Positions 26,740 to 35,828 of a stretch of 64,000 nt of DNA are shown piece after piece. The translations under genes and the position numbers were made by a program. This DNA is from Chloroflexota bacterium (GTDB lineage: Bacteria > Chloroflexota > Anaerolineae > Anaerolineales > UBA11858). How positions within the stretch are numbered: the stretch's first letter is position 1; each line of letters opens with the position of its first letter. The notes beneath the pieces are model-generated. The model searched no databases. It was not told the DNA's origin and saw only the letters and a program-made list of their open reading frames with translations. The DNA is taken from contig JABGRQ010000073.1 in NCBI GenBank assembly GCA_018648225.1, positions 26,064 through 90,063 on the forward strand, given 5' to 3'.

Positions 26740-28713
26740 ATGCAACCCCCCGCTGAATCACCGAGAAAAACAAAAAAACACCGCTCGCGCCGGGTTTCAT
26801 TTTCGCGCCTGAGCGTCTTTCTGTTTTTGATGATTGTCCTGATCGCCATTGGCGCGCTAGGCTGGGTGGCGTTGCGGGCGCAGTTCAACTACCCGTCCCT
26901 TGCCATAACCCAGGCGCCGGAAGTTAACTTCAGTGAACCTCCCACCCCCAGCGCATCCCCCGCGGTAGCCGCCGCCGAAGCCATCCCGGACCGCGCCCCC
27001 CTGCCGGCCGACGAAATCGGCCTGCTGCTGCTCGCCATCCGCGAAGGGCTGGATACCCATCTCTTCGCCTATCGGCCTGTGGAGTACGGCGGCGCAACTT
27101 TACCCCTGACGCGCCTCACCAACGGCGATTGGAACGACATCACTCCGGCGCTCAGCCCCGATGGAACTCGCCTGGCCTTCGCATCCAACCGCAGTGGGGG
27201 CTGGCAAATTTATATCTGGAATCTCGAAAACGGACAAATTGCCCCGCTGACCCAACAGCCCGGTTACAAAGCCTCGCCTTCATGGTCGCCCGATGGCCTG
27301 TGGCTGGCCTATGAGGGCTATGCCGAAAACAACCTGGATATTTTTATTCAGGCCGCCGATGGCAGTGGCGACCCGTTGGCTGTCACCAACCATCTGGGGG
27401 GCGATTTCGCTCCGGCGTGGTCGCCGCGTGGCCGCCTGATTGCCTTTGTCTCAACCCGTAGCGGACGCGAGCAAATCTGGCTCGCCGATCTGGATAAAAG
27501 CGGCGAAGAACGTTTTAAGTCCATCGAAAACCTGAATGAATCCCGTGCCGCGCATCCTTTATGGTCGGCAGATGGACGCTATCTCAGTTGGGGGGCAATT
27601 CTCGAAGATGGCTTCCACAAGATTTTCTCCTGGGATAGCGAAACGCCCCAACGCCCGCCGTTGGCGCTGGTCAGTGGTGACCAGCCCGCCTGGAGCCGCA
27701 CCGGCAGCATCATCTACGCCACCCTCGAAACGCCCCACCAAACCTATCTCACCGGCTACGACATCGCCCAGCCCGATTTGGTCTGGTTGCCCCCTGTGGC
27801 GCTTCCAGGGAGCATCGTGAGCCTCACCTGGGCCGACCTGAGCGTCGAGAGCCTGCTCCCCAACCAACAGTCGGCCACACCTACCCTATTGTGGAATCCG
27901 GCCATTGAGCCGAATCCTGAAATCCCCGGCGAGCGCTGGAATATCGTTGAGCTTGGCGATGTCAGCGCGCCCTACCCCAAACTACACGACCGCGTTGACG
28001 AAGCTTTCAATGGCCTGCGTGCCCAAGTGGCCGTGCAAACCGGCTGGGATGCCCTCGCCAGTCTCGAAAACGCCTACGTCCCGCTCACCATTCCATTGCA
28101 GCCCGGCTATCAACAAGATTGGCTCTACACCGGGCGCGCCTTTGCCCTCAGCCCGCTACCGATTCATGCGGGTTGGATGGCAGTTGTGCGCCAAGATTTC
28201 GGTCAGGAAACCTATTGGCGCGTTTACCTACGCGCCCGCTATCAGGATGGCACACTGGGAGAGCCGCTGCACGCCCTGCCCTGGGACTTCGATGCCCGCT
28301 ATCGCGCCGAACCGCGGCCCTACGAACAGGGCGGCGCGCTTATGTCCAATATCCCCGCAGGCTACTGGATCGACATCACTGAGCTGGCAGGCAACTACGG
28401 CTGGCAGCGCCTGCCTTCTTTCTCGAACTGGCGGTCAGCCTACAGCGCCACACGCTTTAACGAATTTGTGCGCACCGACGGCCTCGACTGGCAATCGGCA
28501 ATGCTCGAACTGTATCCACGCGAAATTCTCATCACGCCCACCGAAATTCCCACCAATACCCCCACGCCAACGCCTACCTTCACCTTCACGCCAACCCTCA
28601 CCCCCACGCGCACACTCACACCCAGCATAACGCTAAGTCCCACCCGCACGCTAAGCCCCACCGTGACACCCTCACCGACTCTGCCCCTCATAACCAGCAC
28701 ATCCACACCATGA
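26740..28713 (+). CDS. TolB-like beta-propeller protein with N-terminal TM anchor and Pro/Thr-rich tail
   Basis: Repeated WD40-like propeller motifs (SPDGTRLAFASNRSGGWQIY, SWSPDGLWLAY, AWSPRGRLIAFVSTRSG). The C-terminus is a TPTPTPTFTFTPTLTPT low-complexity region. Confidence 0.8.
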   Translation: MQPPAESPRKTKKHRSRRVSFSRLSVFLFLMIVLIAIGALGWVALRAQFNYPSLAITQAPEVNFSEPPTPSASPAVAAAEAIPDRAPLPADEIGLLLLAIREGLDTHLFAYRPVEYGGATLPLTRLTNGDWNDITPALSPDGTRLAFASNRSGGWQIYIWNLENGQIAPLTQQPGYKASPSWSPDGLWLAYEGYAENNLDIFIQAADGSGDPLAVTNHLGGDFAPAWSPRGRLIAFVSTRSGREQIWLADLDKSGEERFKSIENLNESRAAHPLWSADGRYLSWGAILEDGFHKIFSWDSETPQRPPLALVSGDQPAWSRTGSIIYATLETPHQTYLTGYDIAQPDLVWLPPVALPGSIVSLTWADLSVESLLPNQQSATPTLLWNPAIEPNPEIPGERWNIVELGDVSAPYPKLHDRVDEAFNGLRAQVAVQTGWDALASLENAYVPLTIPLQPGYQQDWLYTGRAFALSPLPIHAGWMAVVRQDFGQETYWRVYLRARYQDGTLGEPLHALPWDFDARYRAEPRPYEQGGALMSNIPAGYWIDITELAGNYGWQRLPSFSNWRSAYSATRFNEFVRTDGLDWQSAMLELYPREILITPTEIPTNTPTPTPTFTFTPTLTPTRTLTPSITLSPTRTLSPTVTPSPTLPLITSTSTP

Positions 28714-29867
28714 AAAAACATATTATCCTGATAACGGCTGTCGCCGTGCTGCTGTTCCTCCCCGCGTGTACGCTTGGGGATGGAATCCCCTTTCAGGCTG
28801 AATCAGCCCAAGAGGCAGAATCTGGCCCGCTGGCAAGCCTCACCCCCGAGCAGGCTGTCGCCACAGCCACGCAGGTGGTTGCCACACTCGCCGCCAATCC
28901 CAACCCCGTGGCGGAGACTCCCCTCCCCACCCCAGTTGATGATCCGCTGCGCCTGGTTTTCCCCGCGGCAGAACCACCCCCGGTTTCGATCTGGCGACCG
29001 GCATTGTATCCGATCCCCTGGGAACCCACCGCGATGGATCATTTCTATTTTTCGCGGCCCATCGCCGCAAACGAAGTCAACTGGCCGTTAGACGAGTATC
29101 GTTATGGGGGGGTTTTCTTTGAAAATGTGGTGCATACCGGGGTAGATATCCCCGCCCCGCCGGGCACGCCAGTGCTGGCCGCGGGCGATGGTAAAGTAGT
29201 CTGGTCGGGCTATGGCCTGTACCGCGGCGTGTATGGCGATACCAGCGATCCCTACGGACAGGCCGTGGTGATTCAGCACGACTTTGGCTACCGCGGCAAG
29301 CAATTGTTTACCGTCTATGGGCATTTGCATGAAATTTTTGTGCGCCGCGGGACAACTGTAAAAACTGGCGATGAATTGGGGCTGGTCGGTTCCACCGGCA
29401 AAGTGACCGGACCGCACCTGCATCTCGAAGTTCGTTGGGGCGAGATGAATTTCTTCTACACACTCAACCCCGAATTATGGCTGGTGCCTCCCCAAGGCTG
29501 GGGGATACTGGTGATGCAAGTCAAACGCACCAATGGCAAAACCGCCTACTACCATCCGATGAAGATTATCTCGATCAATACCGGGCAAGAGTGGCGCGCT
29601 TATTCTTATGCGGATGGCGCGGTAAACCTGGATTTATATTATCAGGAAAATCTGGTTGTCGGCGACTTGCCTGCCGGACGCTACGAAATTCAGACTTCAT
29701 ATTCAGGCAAACTCTACACACTTGAATTTGACATCAATCCGGGCCGGGTGAGTTTTTTATCGTTTCAGGGCAAAAACGGCTTTGGCACCAACCCGCCGCC
29801 GCTGCCGGGAGCCAGGTTTGATCCATCGGATTTAGACCCAACGGCGACGCCAACGCTTGAGAATTAA
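28710..29867 (+). CDS. M23-family metallopeptidase lipoprotein
   Basis: Lipobox LFLPAC, HTGVDIPAPPGTPV and GSTGKVTGPHLHLEV motifs. 4-nt overlap with the upstream gene. Confidence 0.85.
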   Translation: MKKHIILITAVAVLLFLPACTLGDGIPFQAESAQEAESGPLASLTPEQAVATATQVVATLAANPNPVAETPLPTPVDDPLRLVFPAAEPPPVSIWRPALYPIPWEPTAMDHFYFSRPIAANEVNWPLDEYRYGGVFFENVVHTGVDIPAPPGTPVLAAGDGKVVWSGYGLYRGVYGDTSDPYGQAVVIQHDFGYRGKQLFTVYGHLHEIFVRRGTTVKTGDELGLVGSTGKVTGPHLHLEVRWGEMNFFYTLNPELWLVPPQGWGILVMQVKRTNGKTAYYHPMKIISINTGQEWRAYSYADGAVNLDLYYQENLVVGDLPAGRYEIQTSYSGKLYTLEFDINPGRVSFLSFQGKNGFGTNPPPLPGARFDPSDLDPTATPTLEN

Positions 29868-29870
29868 TGC

Positions 29871-29917
29871 TTGCCCTCACCCTGATTCTCGCTGCGCTCG
29901 AATCAGGGTGAGGGCAA
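29871..29917. terminator. Long perfect hairpin after the M23 gene (terminator-like, no T tract)
   Basis: TTGCCCTCACCCTGATTC / GAATCAGGGTGAGGGCAA, an 18-bp perfect stem with an 11-nt loop. Confidence 0.4.
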
Positions 29918-29929
29918 ACTTGTCAAACC

Positions 29930-29957
29930 TTGACAACTAGAACATTCGTGCTAAAAT
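29930..29957 (+). promoter_or_regulatory. Near-consensus sigma-70 promoter
   Basis: TTGACA, a 16-nt spacer, then TAAAAT. The ATG of the next gene is 15 nt after the -10 box. Confidence 0.5.
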
Positions 29958-29972
29958 TGAGCTAAATTCTGA

Positions 29973-30428
29973 ATGGATTTCATAAACAAGTACTTTTACA
30001 TGGTGTTACGCGGACTTTGGTTATTGCTGAAGCCGCTATCCATTGGTGTTCGTGTCTTGATGGTAAAAGAAGATCAGATATTGCTCGTAAAACATGTCTA
30101 TCAAGATGAATGGTTTTTACCGGGGGGATTGGTCGAACAAGGCGAATCGCTGCAAGCTGCTGCCCGGCGTGAAACTTCGGAAGAAGTCGGAGCTGATTTG
30201 CGTGATGTTACCTTGTTTGGCATTTATTCACATCGGGAATATCGCAAGATCGATCACGTGGTTGTTTTTCTATCGCGTGATTTTTCGTTAAATGGCGTTT
30301 CCGATGACGAAATTGAGCAATGCACCTTCTTCAATTTGCAGCAGCTACCCGCCGATATTTCTCCCGGAAGCAAGCAGCAAATCGAACATTATCTAAATGG
30401 AGATAGTCCCCAGTACGAGATGATTTGA
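29973..30428 (+). CDS. NUDIX hydrolase
   Basis: Nudix box GGLVEQGESLQAAARRETSEEVG. Visibly lower GC than the neighbouring genes. Confidence 0.8.
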   Translation: MDFINKYFYMVLRGLWLLLKPLSIGVRVLMVKEDQILLVKHVYQDEWFLPGGLVEQGESLQAAARRETSEEVGADLRDVTLFGIYSHREYRKIDHVVVFLSRDFSLNGVSDDEIEQCTFFNLQQLPADISPGSKQQIEHYLNGDSPQYEMI

Positions 30429-30570
30429 TAGAAATTTATGAAAGGTTGCGAGGTTTCGCTGACCAGATGTAAAAGAACGAGTAAAATATCAAAGTAGTTT
30501 CTCACTTAAAGCCGCAAAACTGATTTATTTTTTGGTTTACTTGACGTGAGATTGAATAAAGGAGTAAAAA

Positions 30571-31620
30571 ATGGCGAAAGATTCATCAGATGCCCGTCAG
30601 GCTGCACTCGACAAAGCCATGGGCGATTTGGCAAAGCGTTACGGCGAAGGCACGATTATGCGTCTGGGTGATGCAACCCACATGTCGGTAGATGTCATCC
30701 CAACCGGTTCGCTATCGCTGGATATTGCACTGGGCGTAGGCGGGATTCCCCGCGGCCGGGTGACTGAAATTTACGGGCCGGAATCTTCCGGCAAAACAAC
30801 TATCTGCCAGCATATTGTGGCCGAGCTACAAAATATGGGGGGTACGGCTGCATTTATTGATATGGAGCACGCTCTTGATCCGCGCTATGCTGCCGCGTGT
30901 GGTGTAGATGTTGAAAATCTACTGATTTCGCAACCCGATACGGGCGAACAAGCCCTGGAAATTGTTGAAGCTCTGGTTCGTTCCGGCGCAGTCGATATGG
31001 TCGTAATCGACTCTGTGGCGGCGCTGGTGCCGCGCGCCGAAATTGAAGGCGATATGGGCGATGCCCACATGGGCCTGATGGCCCGCCTGATGTCTCAAGC
31101 ATTGCGCAAGCTCTCTGGAGCGATCAAGCAAACCAACACCGCCGTAATTTTCACCAACCAGCTTCGTCAGAAAATCGGCGTGATGTTTGGTAATCCCGAA
31201 ACCACCACCGGCGGGCAGGCGCTCAAATTCTACGCCTCGGTGCGCCTGGATGTGCGCCGCATTCAATCGATCAAAGTTGGTTCAGAGATTATCGGTAATC
31301 GCACGCGTGTGCGCGTGGTCAAGAATAAAGTTGCACCCCCCTTCCAAACCGTCGAATTTGACATCATGTACAACGAAGGCATCTCAAAAGTCGGCGACAT
31401 CGTTGACCTGGGCACCGATATGGATATCATCTCCAAACGTGGTTCGTATTATTCGTATGGCGACTTGCGCCTGGCGCAGGGCCGCGAAAATGCCAAAGAA
31501 TTCTTGCGCGATAACCCCGATCTGCTTATGGAGATCGAAACCCTGATCCGCCAATCTTCGATGGAAAACAGCGCCCCGGCGCGTATTGTGGATGATGAAG
31601 AAGAGATGATGGAAGATTAG
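30571..31620 (+). CDS. recA: Recombinase A
   Basis: Canonical RecA ([65 protein letters not shown]). RBS AAGGAG. Confidence 0.97.
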   Translation: MAKDSSDARQAALDKAMGDLAKRYGEGTIMRLGDATHMSVDVIPTGSLSLDIALGVGGIPRGRVTEIYGPESSGKTTICQHIVAELQNMGGTAAFIDMEHALDPRYAAACGVDVENLLISQPDTGEQALEIVEALVRSGAVDMVVIDSVAALVPRAEIEGDMGDAHMGLMARLMSQALRKLSGAIKQTNTAVIFTNQLRQKIGVMFGNPETTTGGQALKFYASVRLDVRRIQSIKVGSEIIGNRTRVRVVKNKVAPPFQTVEFDIMYNEGISKVGDIVDLGTDMDIISKRGSYYSYGDLRLAQGRENAKEFLRDNPDLLMEIETLIRQSSMENSAPARIVDDEEEMMED

Positions 31621-31621
31621 T

Positions 31622-32173
31622 ATGCGCATCCATTGGCGTTGGATAGTGCTAAGTTTGCTGATCGGGCTGATGATAACAGGCTGCCGCGCGGAAGATACGC
31701 GCGGAACTCCAACACTCGATGTATACAAACCCCCGACGGTTGACCCGGCCATGCTTGATTTTCAGGCCACCGAGGCTGCTAAACTCACGGCAGTCAGCTT
31801 ACCCACGCCCACGCCCGTTTGCAGCAACAATCTGCAATTTCTTGAAGACCTCAGTATCGAAGATGGAACTGTCGTTGCTCCGGGGGATGGTCTCGACAAA
31901 CGCTGGAAAGTGCGCAATACTGGAACCTGCAATTGGAATACGGAATATGAAGTTCGGCTGGTTGCTGGCCCTATCATGGGCGCGCCTTCCCCCCAGGCGC
32001 TTTACCCGGCCCTGAGCGGCACCGAGACCGAAATTCGAATGGTATTCGCCGCCCCAGATGAACCGGGAGCTTATCGCAGCGCCTGGCAGGCCTTCGCCCC
32101 TGATGGCACCCCCTTTGGCGTTTCGTTTTTTATTGATATTGTCGTCGAAGGCGAAACCGCAACAGAAGAATAA
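31622..32173 (+). CDS. Exported lipoprotein with an NBR1-like Ig domain
   Basis: Lipobox MITGC. The pattern DGTVVAPGDGLDKRWKVRNTGTCNW...PGAYRSAWQAF.PDGTPFG matches the N_BRCA1_IG family architecture. Start is 1 nt after the recA stop. Confidence 0.7.
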   Translation: MRIHWRWIVLSLLIGLMITGCRAEDTRGTPTLDVYKPPTVDPAMLDFQATEAAKLTAVSLPTPTPVCSNNLQFLEDLSIEDGTVVAPGDGLDKRWKVRNTGTCNWNTEYEVRLVAGPIMGAPSPQALYPALSGTETEIRMVFAAPDEPGAYRSAWQAFAPDGTPFGVSFFIDIVVEGETATEE

Positions 32174-32191
32174 GATTTTTACAAAAACGAT

Positions 32192-32671
32192 ATGACTTCA
32201 CCCCTTAGCGCCAGCGCCCAACGCGTACAAGACGCGCTCAATATAATCGGCCTCAATTTGCACGTGGTCGAATTACCCGGCAGCACGCGCACCGCGGCTG
32301 ATGCCGCCGCATCGATTGGTTGCACGGTGGCACAAATTGCCAAGTCGCTAATTTTCCGGCTGAAATCATCAGACCAGGCGTTGCTGGTAATTGCCAGCGG
32401 GGGCAACCGCGTAGACGAAAAACTTCTCGCCAAGCATATAGGAGAAAAAATCGGCAAAGCCGATGCCGATTTTGTGCGCGCACAAACCGGTTTTGTAATC
32501 GGCGGCGTACCGCCGGTAGGCCACAGCACTAAAATTCACACTTTCATTGACGAAGACCTGTTCCAGTTTGATGACATTTGGGCAGCGGCCGGAACCCCAA
32601 ACGCCGTTTTTCGCCTGACGCCCGACAATTTATTGCGCGCCACACAGGGACAAGTGATTGCTGTAAAATAA
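32192..32671 (+). CDS. YbaK/EbsC-family aminoacyl-tRNA deacylase
   Basis: Family-typical size and motifs (TRTAADAAASIGCTVAQIAKSLIF, GGVPPVGH). Confidence 0.8.
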   Translation: MTSPLSASAQRVQDALNIIGLNLHVVELPGSTRTAADAAASIGCTVAQIAKSLIFRLKSSDQALLVIASGGNRVDEKLLAKHIGEKIGKADADFVRAQTGFVIGGVPPVGHSTKIHTFIDEDLFQFDDIWAAAGTPNAVFRLTPDNLLRATQGQVIAVK

Positions 32672-32687
32672 GCAGCGGTCAGAAAAT

Positions 32688-32742
32688 CCTAAAAAGATGG
32701 TTGTGCGGAGCGCAAAGCGCTCCGCACAACCATCTTTTTAGG
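32688..32742. terminator. 26-bp perfect hairpin after the ybaK-like gene
   Basis: CCTAAAAAGATGGTTGTGCGGAGCGC-AAA-GCGCTCCGCACAACCATCTTTTTAGG. Confidence 0.55.
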
Positions 32743-32757
32743 TATACTAGACCAAAT

Positions 32758-33612
32758 ATGAAACGTGTGTATTTCAGTATTCTAGGCGTTGCCGCTGGTT
32801 TGATATTTTGGCTGCTGTTTGTTGCCCTAGGGCGCAGTGGACTTATGGCGCGTACACTGGCGCAGGTTTCAACAACCACAATTGCACAATCCCCTACAAA
32901 TACCCAATCTCCCACCCTGTCTGCAACTCCTGCTCCACCCACAGTAACACCCTTTCAGCCGAACACGTTTACCCCGACCGCATCCATAACCCCCAGCAGC
33001 ACACCAACCGCCACCTTCACCGAAACTCCGCTCCCCACACTCACGCCAAGCATTCCGAATGCCGCTGCCATCACTGGAATTTCTGGCCGCTGGCCTGCAC
33101 TCTCGCTAGATTGCGAAGCCCGTTCTGCGGTAGATTGGGCAGCTTATTTTGGTACTCCCATTGATGAGTTGGCCTTCTTCAACAGCCTGCCACTTTCCGA
33201 CAACCCCAACAAGGGCTTTGTGGGCAATGTTTACGCGCCCTGGGGACAGGTTCCGCCAGCGGATTATGGCGTGCATGCCAGCCCTGTGGCGCAACTCTTG
33301 CGGGCCTATGGCCTCAAGGCCGATGCGGTAACTGGCCTGAGTTGGGACGCACTACGCAGCGAAATTGCTGCCGGACAGCCAGTCATTGTGTGGGTCATCG
33401 GCAGGGTTGCACTCGGCACACCGGTGGCGTATACATCTACCGATGGCGCCAAAACCACTGTGGCGCGCTTCGAGCATACTGTGATCGTAATTGGCTATGA
33501 TGAAACCCGCGTAACCGTTTTGGATGGCGACTGGGTCTATCAACGCTCGGTGAATGATTTTCTGGATTCATGGAGTGTCTTGGGGAATATGGCGGTGATC
33601 TGGAATGACTAA
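32758..33612 (+). CDS. Membrane-anchored C39-like (papain-fold) peptidase domain protein
   Basis: N-terminal TM helix, a Pro/Thr linker, then a domain with Cys (LSLDCEARSAVDW) and His (FEHTVIVIGYD) in the Peptidase_C39_2-like arrangement. Start at ATG 32758. Confidence 0.7.
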   Translation: MKRVYFSILGVAAGLIFWLLFVALGRSGLMARTLAQVSTTTIAQSPTNTQSPTLSATPAPPTVTPFQPNTFTPTASITPSSTPTATFTETPLPTLTPSIPNAAAITGISGRWPALSLDCEARSAVDWAAYFGTPIDELAFFNSLPLSDNPNKGFVGNVYAPWGQVPPADYGVHASPVAQLLRAYGLKADAVTGLSWDALRSEIAAGQPVIVWVIGRVALGTPVAYTSTDGAKTTVARFEHTVIVIGYDETRVTVLDGDWVYQRSVNDFLDSWSVLGNMAVIWND

Positions 33613-34519
33613 GCAGGCACGACGACGCGCGGCCCCGGTGAGGAAACCCAAATCTAGGGCGAGTACTGCATTGGGATGGTTGTTCGTCGGAACACTAGCC
33701 CTGGCTCTGGGGGGATTTCTGGGATGGGCATTATTTGTCTTTATGGATGGATATTCCACGGTGCAGGCTTTCGCCCATACCAGCACGCCCACGCTCAGCC
33801 CGTCTCCCAGCGCCACGGGCACAGCCACCCCCGCGGAGGCACAACCTACCCTCACTCCGCTGCCCCCACCCACGGCTACGCGCCGCATTCCGCCATCTCT
33901 TTCTCCGACAGTATCTCACACGCCCGTTCCCGTCCCCACGCGCCATGTCTCATCCACCCCGCCACCCAACTCGAAAATTGAAGGCTTTGTGGGCGACAAA
34001 CAGGCGCTCCCGCTAAGTTGTGAGGCCAGCGCTGCCACAGATTGGGCGGCTTTTTTCGGCATCCAGATTGATGAACTGGCCTTTCAATCTCAGTTGCCGG
34101 TCTCAGACAATCCGCAGAGCGGTTTTGTGGGCGATGTCGAAGGCAATTGGGGGCGGGTTCCGCCTGAACCGTATGGTGTCCACCCAGAACCTGTGGCGCA
34201 TCTGTTACGGGTTTATGGCGCTTCGGCCTGGCCGATGCACAATATGAGTTGGGAAAGTTTGAAAAATGAAATTTACGCCGGACATCCTGTGATCGTTTGG
34301 GTGGTGGGGCATGTGGTCCGCGGCACTCCGGTGGCGTATACGGCTAGTGATGGCTCAGAAATTACGGTAGCCCGCTACGAGCATACCGTTGTGGTGACAG
34401 GGTTTGACGAACATCAGGTATGGATTGCCGACGGCAAAGATGTATATACACGCTCGATTGAGCGTTTTCTGGAATCGTGGGGGGTATTGGGAAATCTGGC
34501 GATTATCTGGCGGGAATAA
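33605..34519 (+). CDS. Membrane-anchored C39-like peptidase domain protein (paralogue)
   Basis: Same architecture (LSCEASAATDW; YEHTVVVTGFD). 8-nt overlap with the upstream paralogue. Confidence 0.7.
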   Translation: MTKQARRRAAPVRKPKSRASTALGWLFVGTLALALGGFLGWALFVFMDGYSTVQAFAHTSTPTLSPSPSATGTATPAEAQPTLTPLPPPTATRRIPPSLSPTVSHTPVPVPTRHVSSTPPPNSKIEGFVGDKQALPLSCEASAATDWAAFFGIQIDELAFQSQLPVSDNPQSGFVGDVEGNWGRVPPEPYGVHPEPVAHLLRVYGASAWPMHNMSWESLKNEIYAGHPVIVWVVGHVVRGTPVAYTASDGSEITVARYEHTVVVTGFDEHQVWIADGKDVYTRSIERFLESWGVLGNLAIIWRE

Positions 34520-34539
34520 AATTCCCGGGAATTATTTCT

Positions 34540-34929
34540 TCAGTCAATTTCAAAACTGGTTTCGGCGAAATCAACATCAATGCGTTCCGGGCGCACCAGC
34601 GTGCCTTCTTCCTGAACTTCGTCTTCAAATTCCTGAATATAAAAAAGTTGCACTGTGGCGTTGTAGATACCATAAGGCGTTTCACCACGCAGGTGCATGG
34701 TGATTTCCATTTTAGGGTCAATCGTCTCGATAATATTGGCATTGGCAACCATATTGCCAAAAGCGTCACGAATGATGACTTCCCCGCTGGGGCGCTGCTG
34801 AAAGGGTGTCACTTCGAGGTATATCTTCACCCGACGGCCATCTGGCCAGGGATTGGCGCTAAACTCGCGGATACGCACTTCATCCGGGGGCAAAGGCACA
34901 TCAGAAGGGTCTGTAAAGAAAATATCCAT
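34540..34929 (-). CDS. Hypothetical acidic protein (129 aa)
   Basis: Clean ORF with AAGGA 10 nt upstream. It sits 56 nt downstream of the ParB-like gene on the same strand. No family recognised. Confidence 0.55.
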   Translation of the reverse strand: MDIFFTDPSDVPLPPDEVRIREFSANPWPDGRRVKIYLEVTPFQQRPSGEVIIRDAFGNMVANANIIETIDPKMEITMHLRGETPYGIYNATVQLFYIQEFEDEVQEEGTLVRPERIDVDFAETSFEID

Positions 34930-34985
34930 TATTTCAAATCCTTAAAAACGAAGCGCAAAGCCGCAAGAGTTTCGGCCTTTTTTTA

Positions 34986-35828
34986 TTACTCGTCGAAAAG
35001 ATAAGTTGATTCGGCGTAGTAGCGCACCCGTTTGGCGGCCAAACGCGCCTTCATCCAGGCTTGCAAGGCAATATTCTTGTCTTCCAGCGATTTTTCCGCA
35101 GCGAGTTCTTCGAGCGGAAAATTTAGATGCAATACGCGCGGCGAGATCGTGAACCGCGTGCTTCCCGGGGGCATTAAGTAGCCTTCACTGACAATATAAA
35201 GAATTTCATCAATACGGAATTGAGGCAGCATGACCAGTCCGCTCAGCTCCGGATAAATTTTTTCGAGTGATTCCATATCGGTGATAAGTGTACGGTCAAG
35301 GGTGGCGCGGTCTTTATAAGCATCCACCACCCGGTTGAGAGTCTGCATCCGCTGGAGCAATTTATGATGCGAGGTGAGTAGCTGATAATACTCGCCATTT
35401 GGACAACTGATAACGGCCAATGTGTGCAGGCTTTGGGGATAATGTGTCATCATGTCGCTATCCCCGGGTTTCACAATCACCTCCGGCAATGCCAACATCC
35501 AGTCAATAAAATCGGAAGAAGAAGGCCCCCATACTACATGATGCCAGGGCGTCATCCCAAGGCCAGGGTCATCCGCCGGGACAACTTGCACAACAATATG
35601 CTCAATTCCGAGGCTTTGAATCGCTGTGACACGATTAGCCCCATCCAGCACCATATACGAATTAGTTTCATCGCGCAATGGCACAACGATGGGGGGATTG
35701 CGCAGCCTGCCGCTTTCGCTGATCGCGCGTGCAATCGGTGGGGTTCGCTGTGGGTCGTGGTATTCGTGGAGAATTAATTTATCAACGGGAAGAATTGCCA
35801 ATAATGGCAAATCACGGATTTTCGTCAT
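34986..35828 (-). CDS. ParB/sulfiredoxin-fold N-terminal domain protein with an unassigned C-terminal domain
   Basis: ParB-N-like segment LPVDKLILHEYHD...NPPIVVPL...YMVLDGANRVTAI, which keeps a GxxRxxA-type box. No HTH recognised. A TTG start at 35846 is also possible. Confidence 0.65.
   Translation of the reverse strand: MTKIRDLPLLAILPVDKLILHEYHDPQRTPPIARAISESGRLRNPPIVVPLRDETNSYMVLDGANRVTAIQSLGIEHIVVQVVPADDPGLGMTPWHHVVWGPSSSDFIDWMLALPEVIVKPGDSDMMTHYPQSLHTLAVISCPNGEYYQLLTSHHKLLQRMQTLNRVVDAYKDRATLDRTLITDMESLEKIYPELSGLVMLPQFRIDEILYIVSEGYLMPPGSTRFTISPRVLHLNFPLEELAAEKSLEDKNIALQAWMKARLAAKRVRYYAESTYLFDE

Noticed and set aside
28535-28710. Repetitive ACNCCN-rich DNA that looks like a microsatellite or array. 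Similar stretches occur at about 32880-33060, 33780-33960 and 49090-49250.
   Set aside because: These stretches are in frame and encode Pro/Thr/Ser-rich linkers or tails of exported proteins. The repeats are degenerate at DNA level and not regularly spaced, so this is neither a CRISPR array nor a tandem-repeat locus.
30429-30570. Search for a LexA/SOS box upstream of recA.
   Set aside because: Only an isolated GAAC half-site (AAAGAACGAG) is present. There is no GAAC-N4-GTTC or other dyad, so no SOS operator can be claimed.
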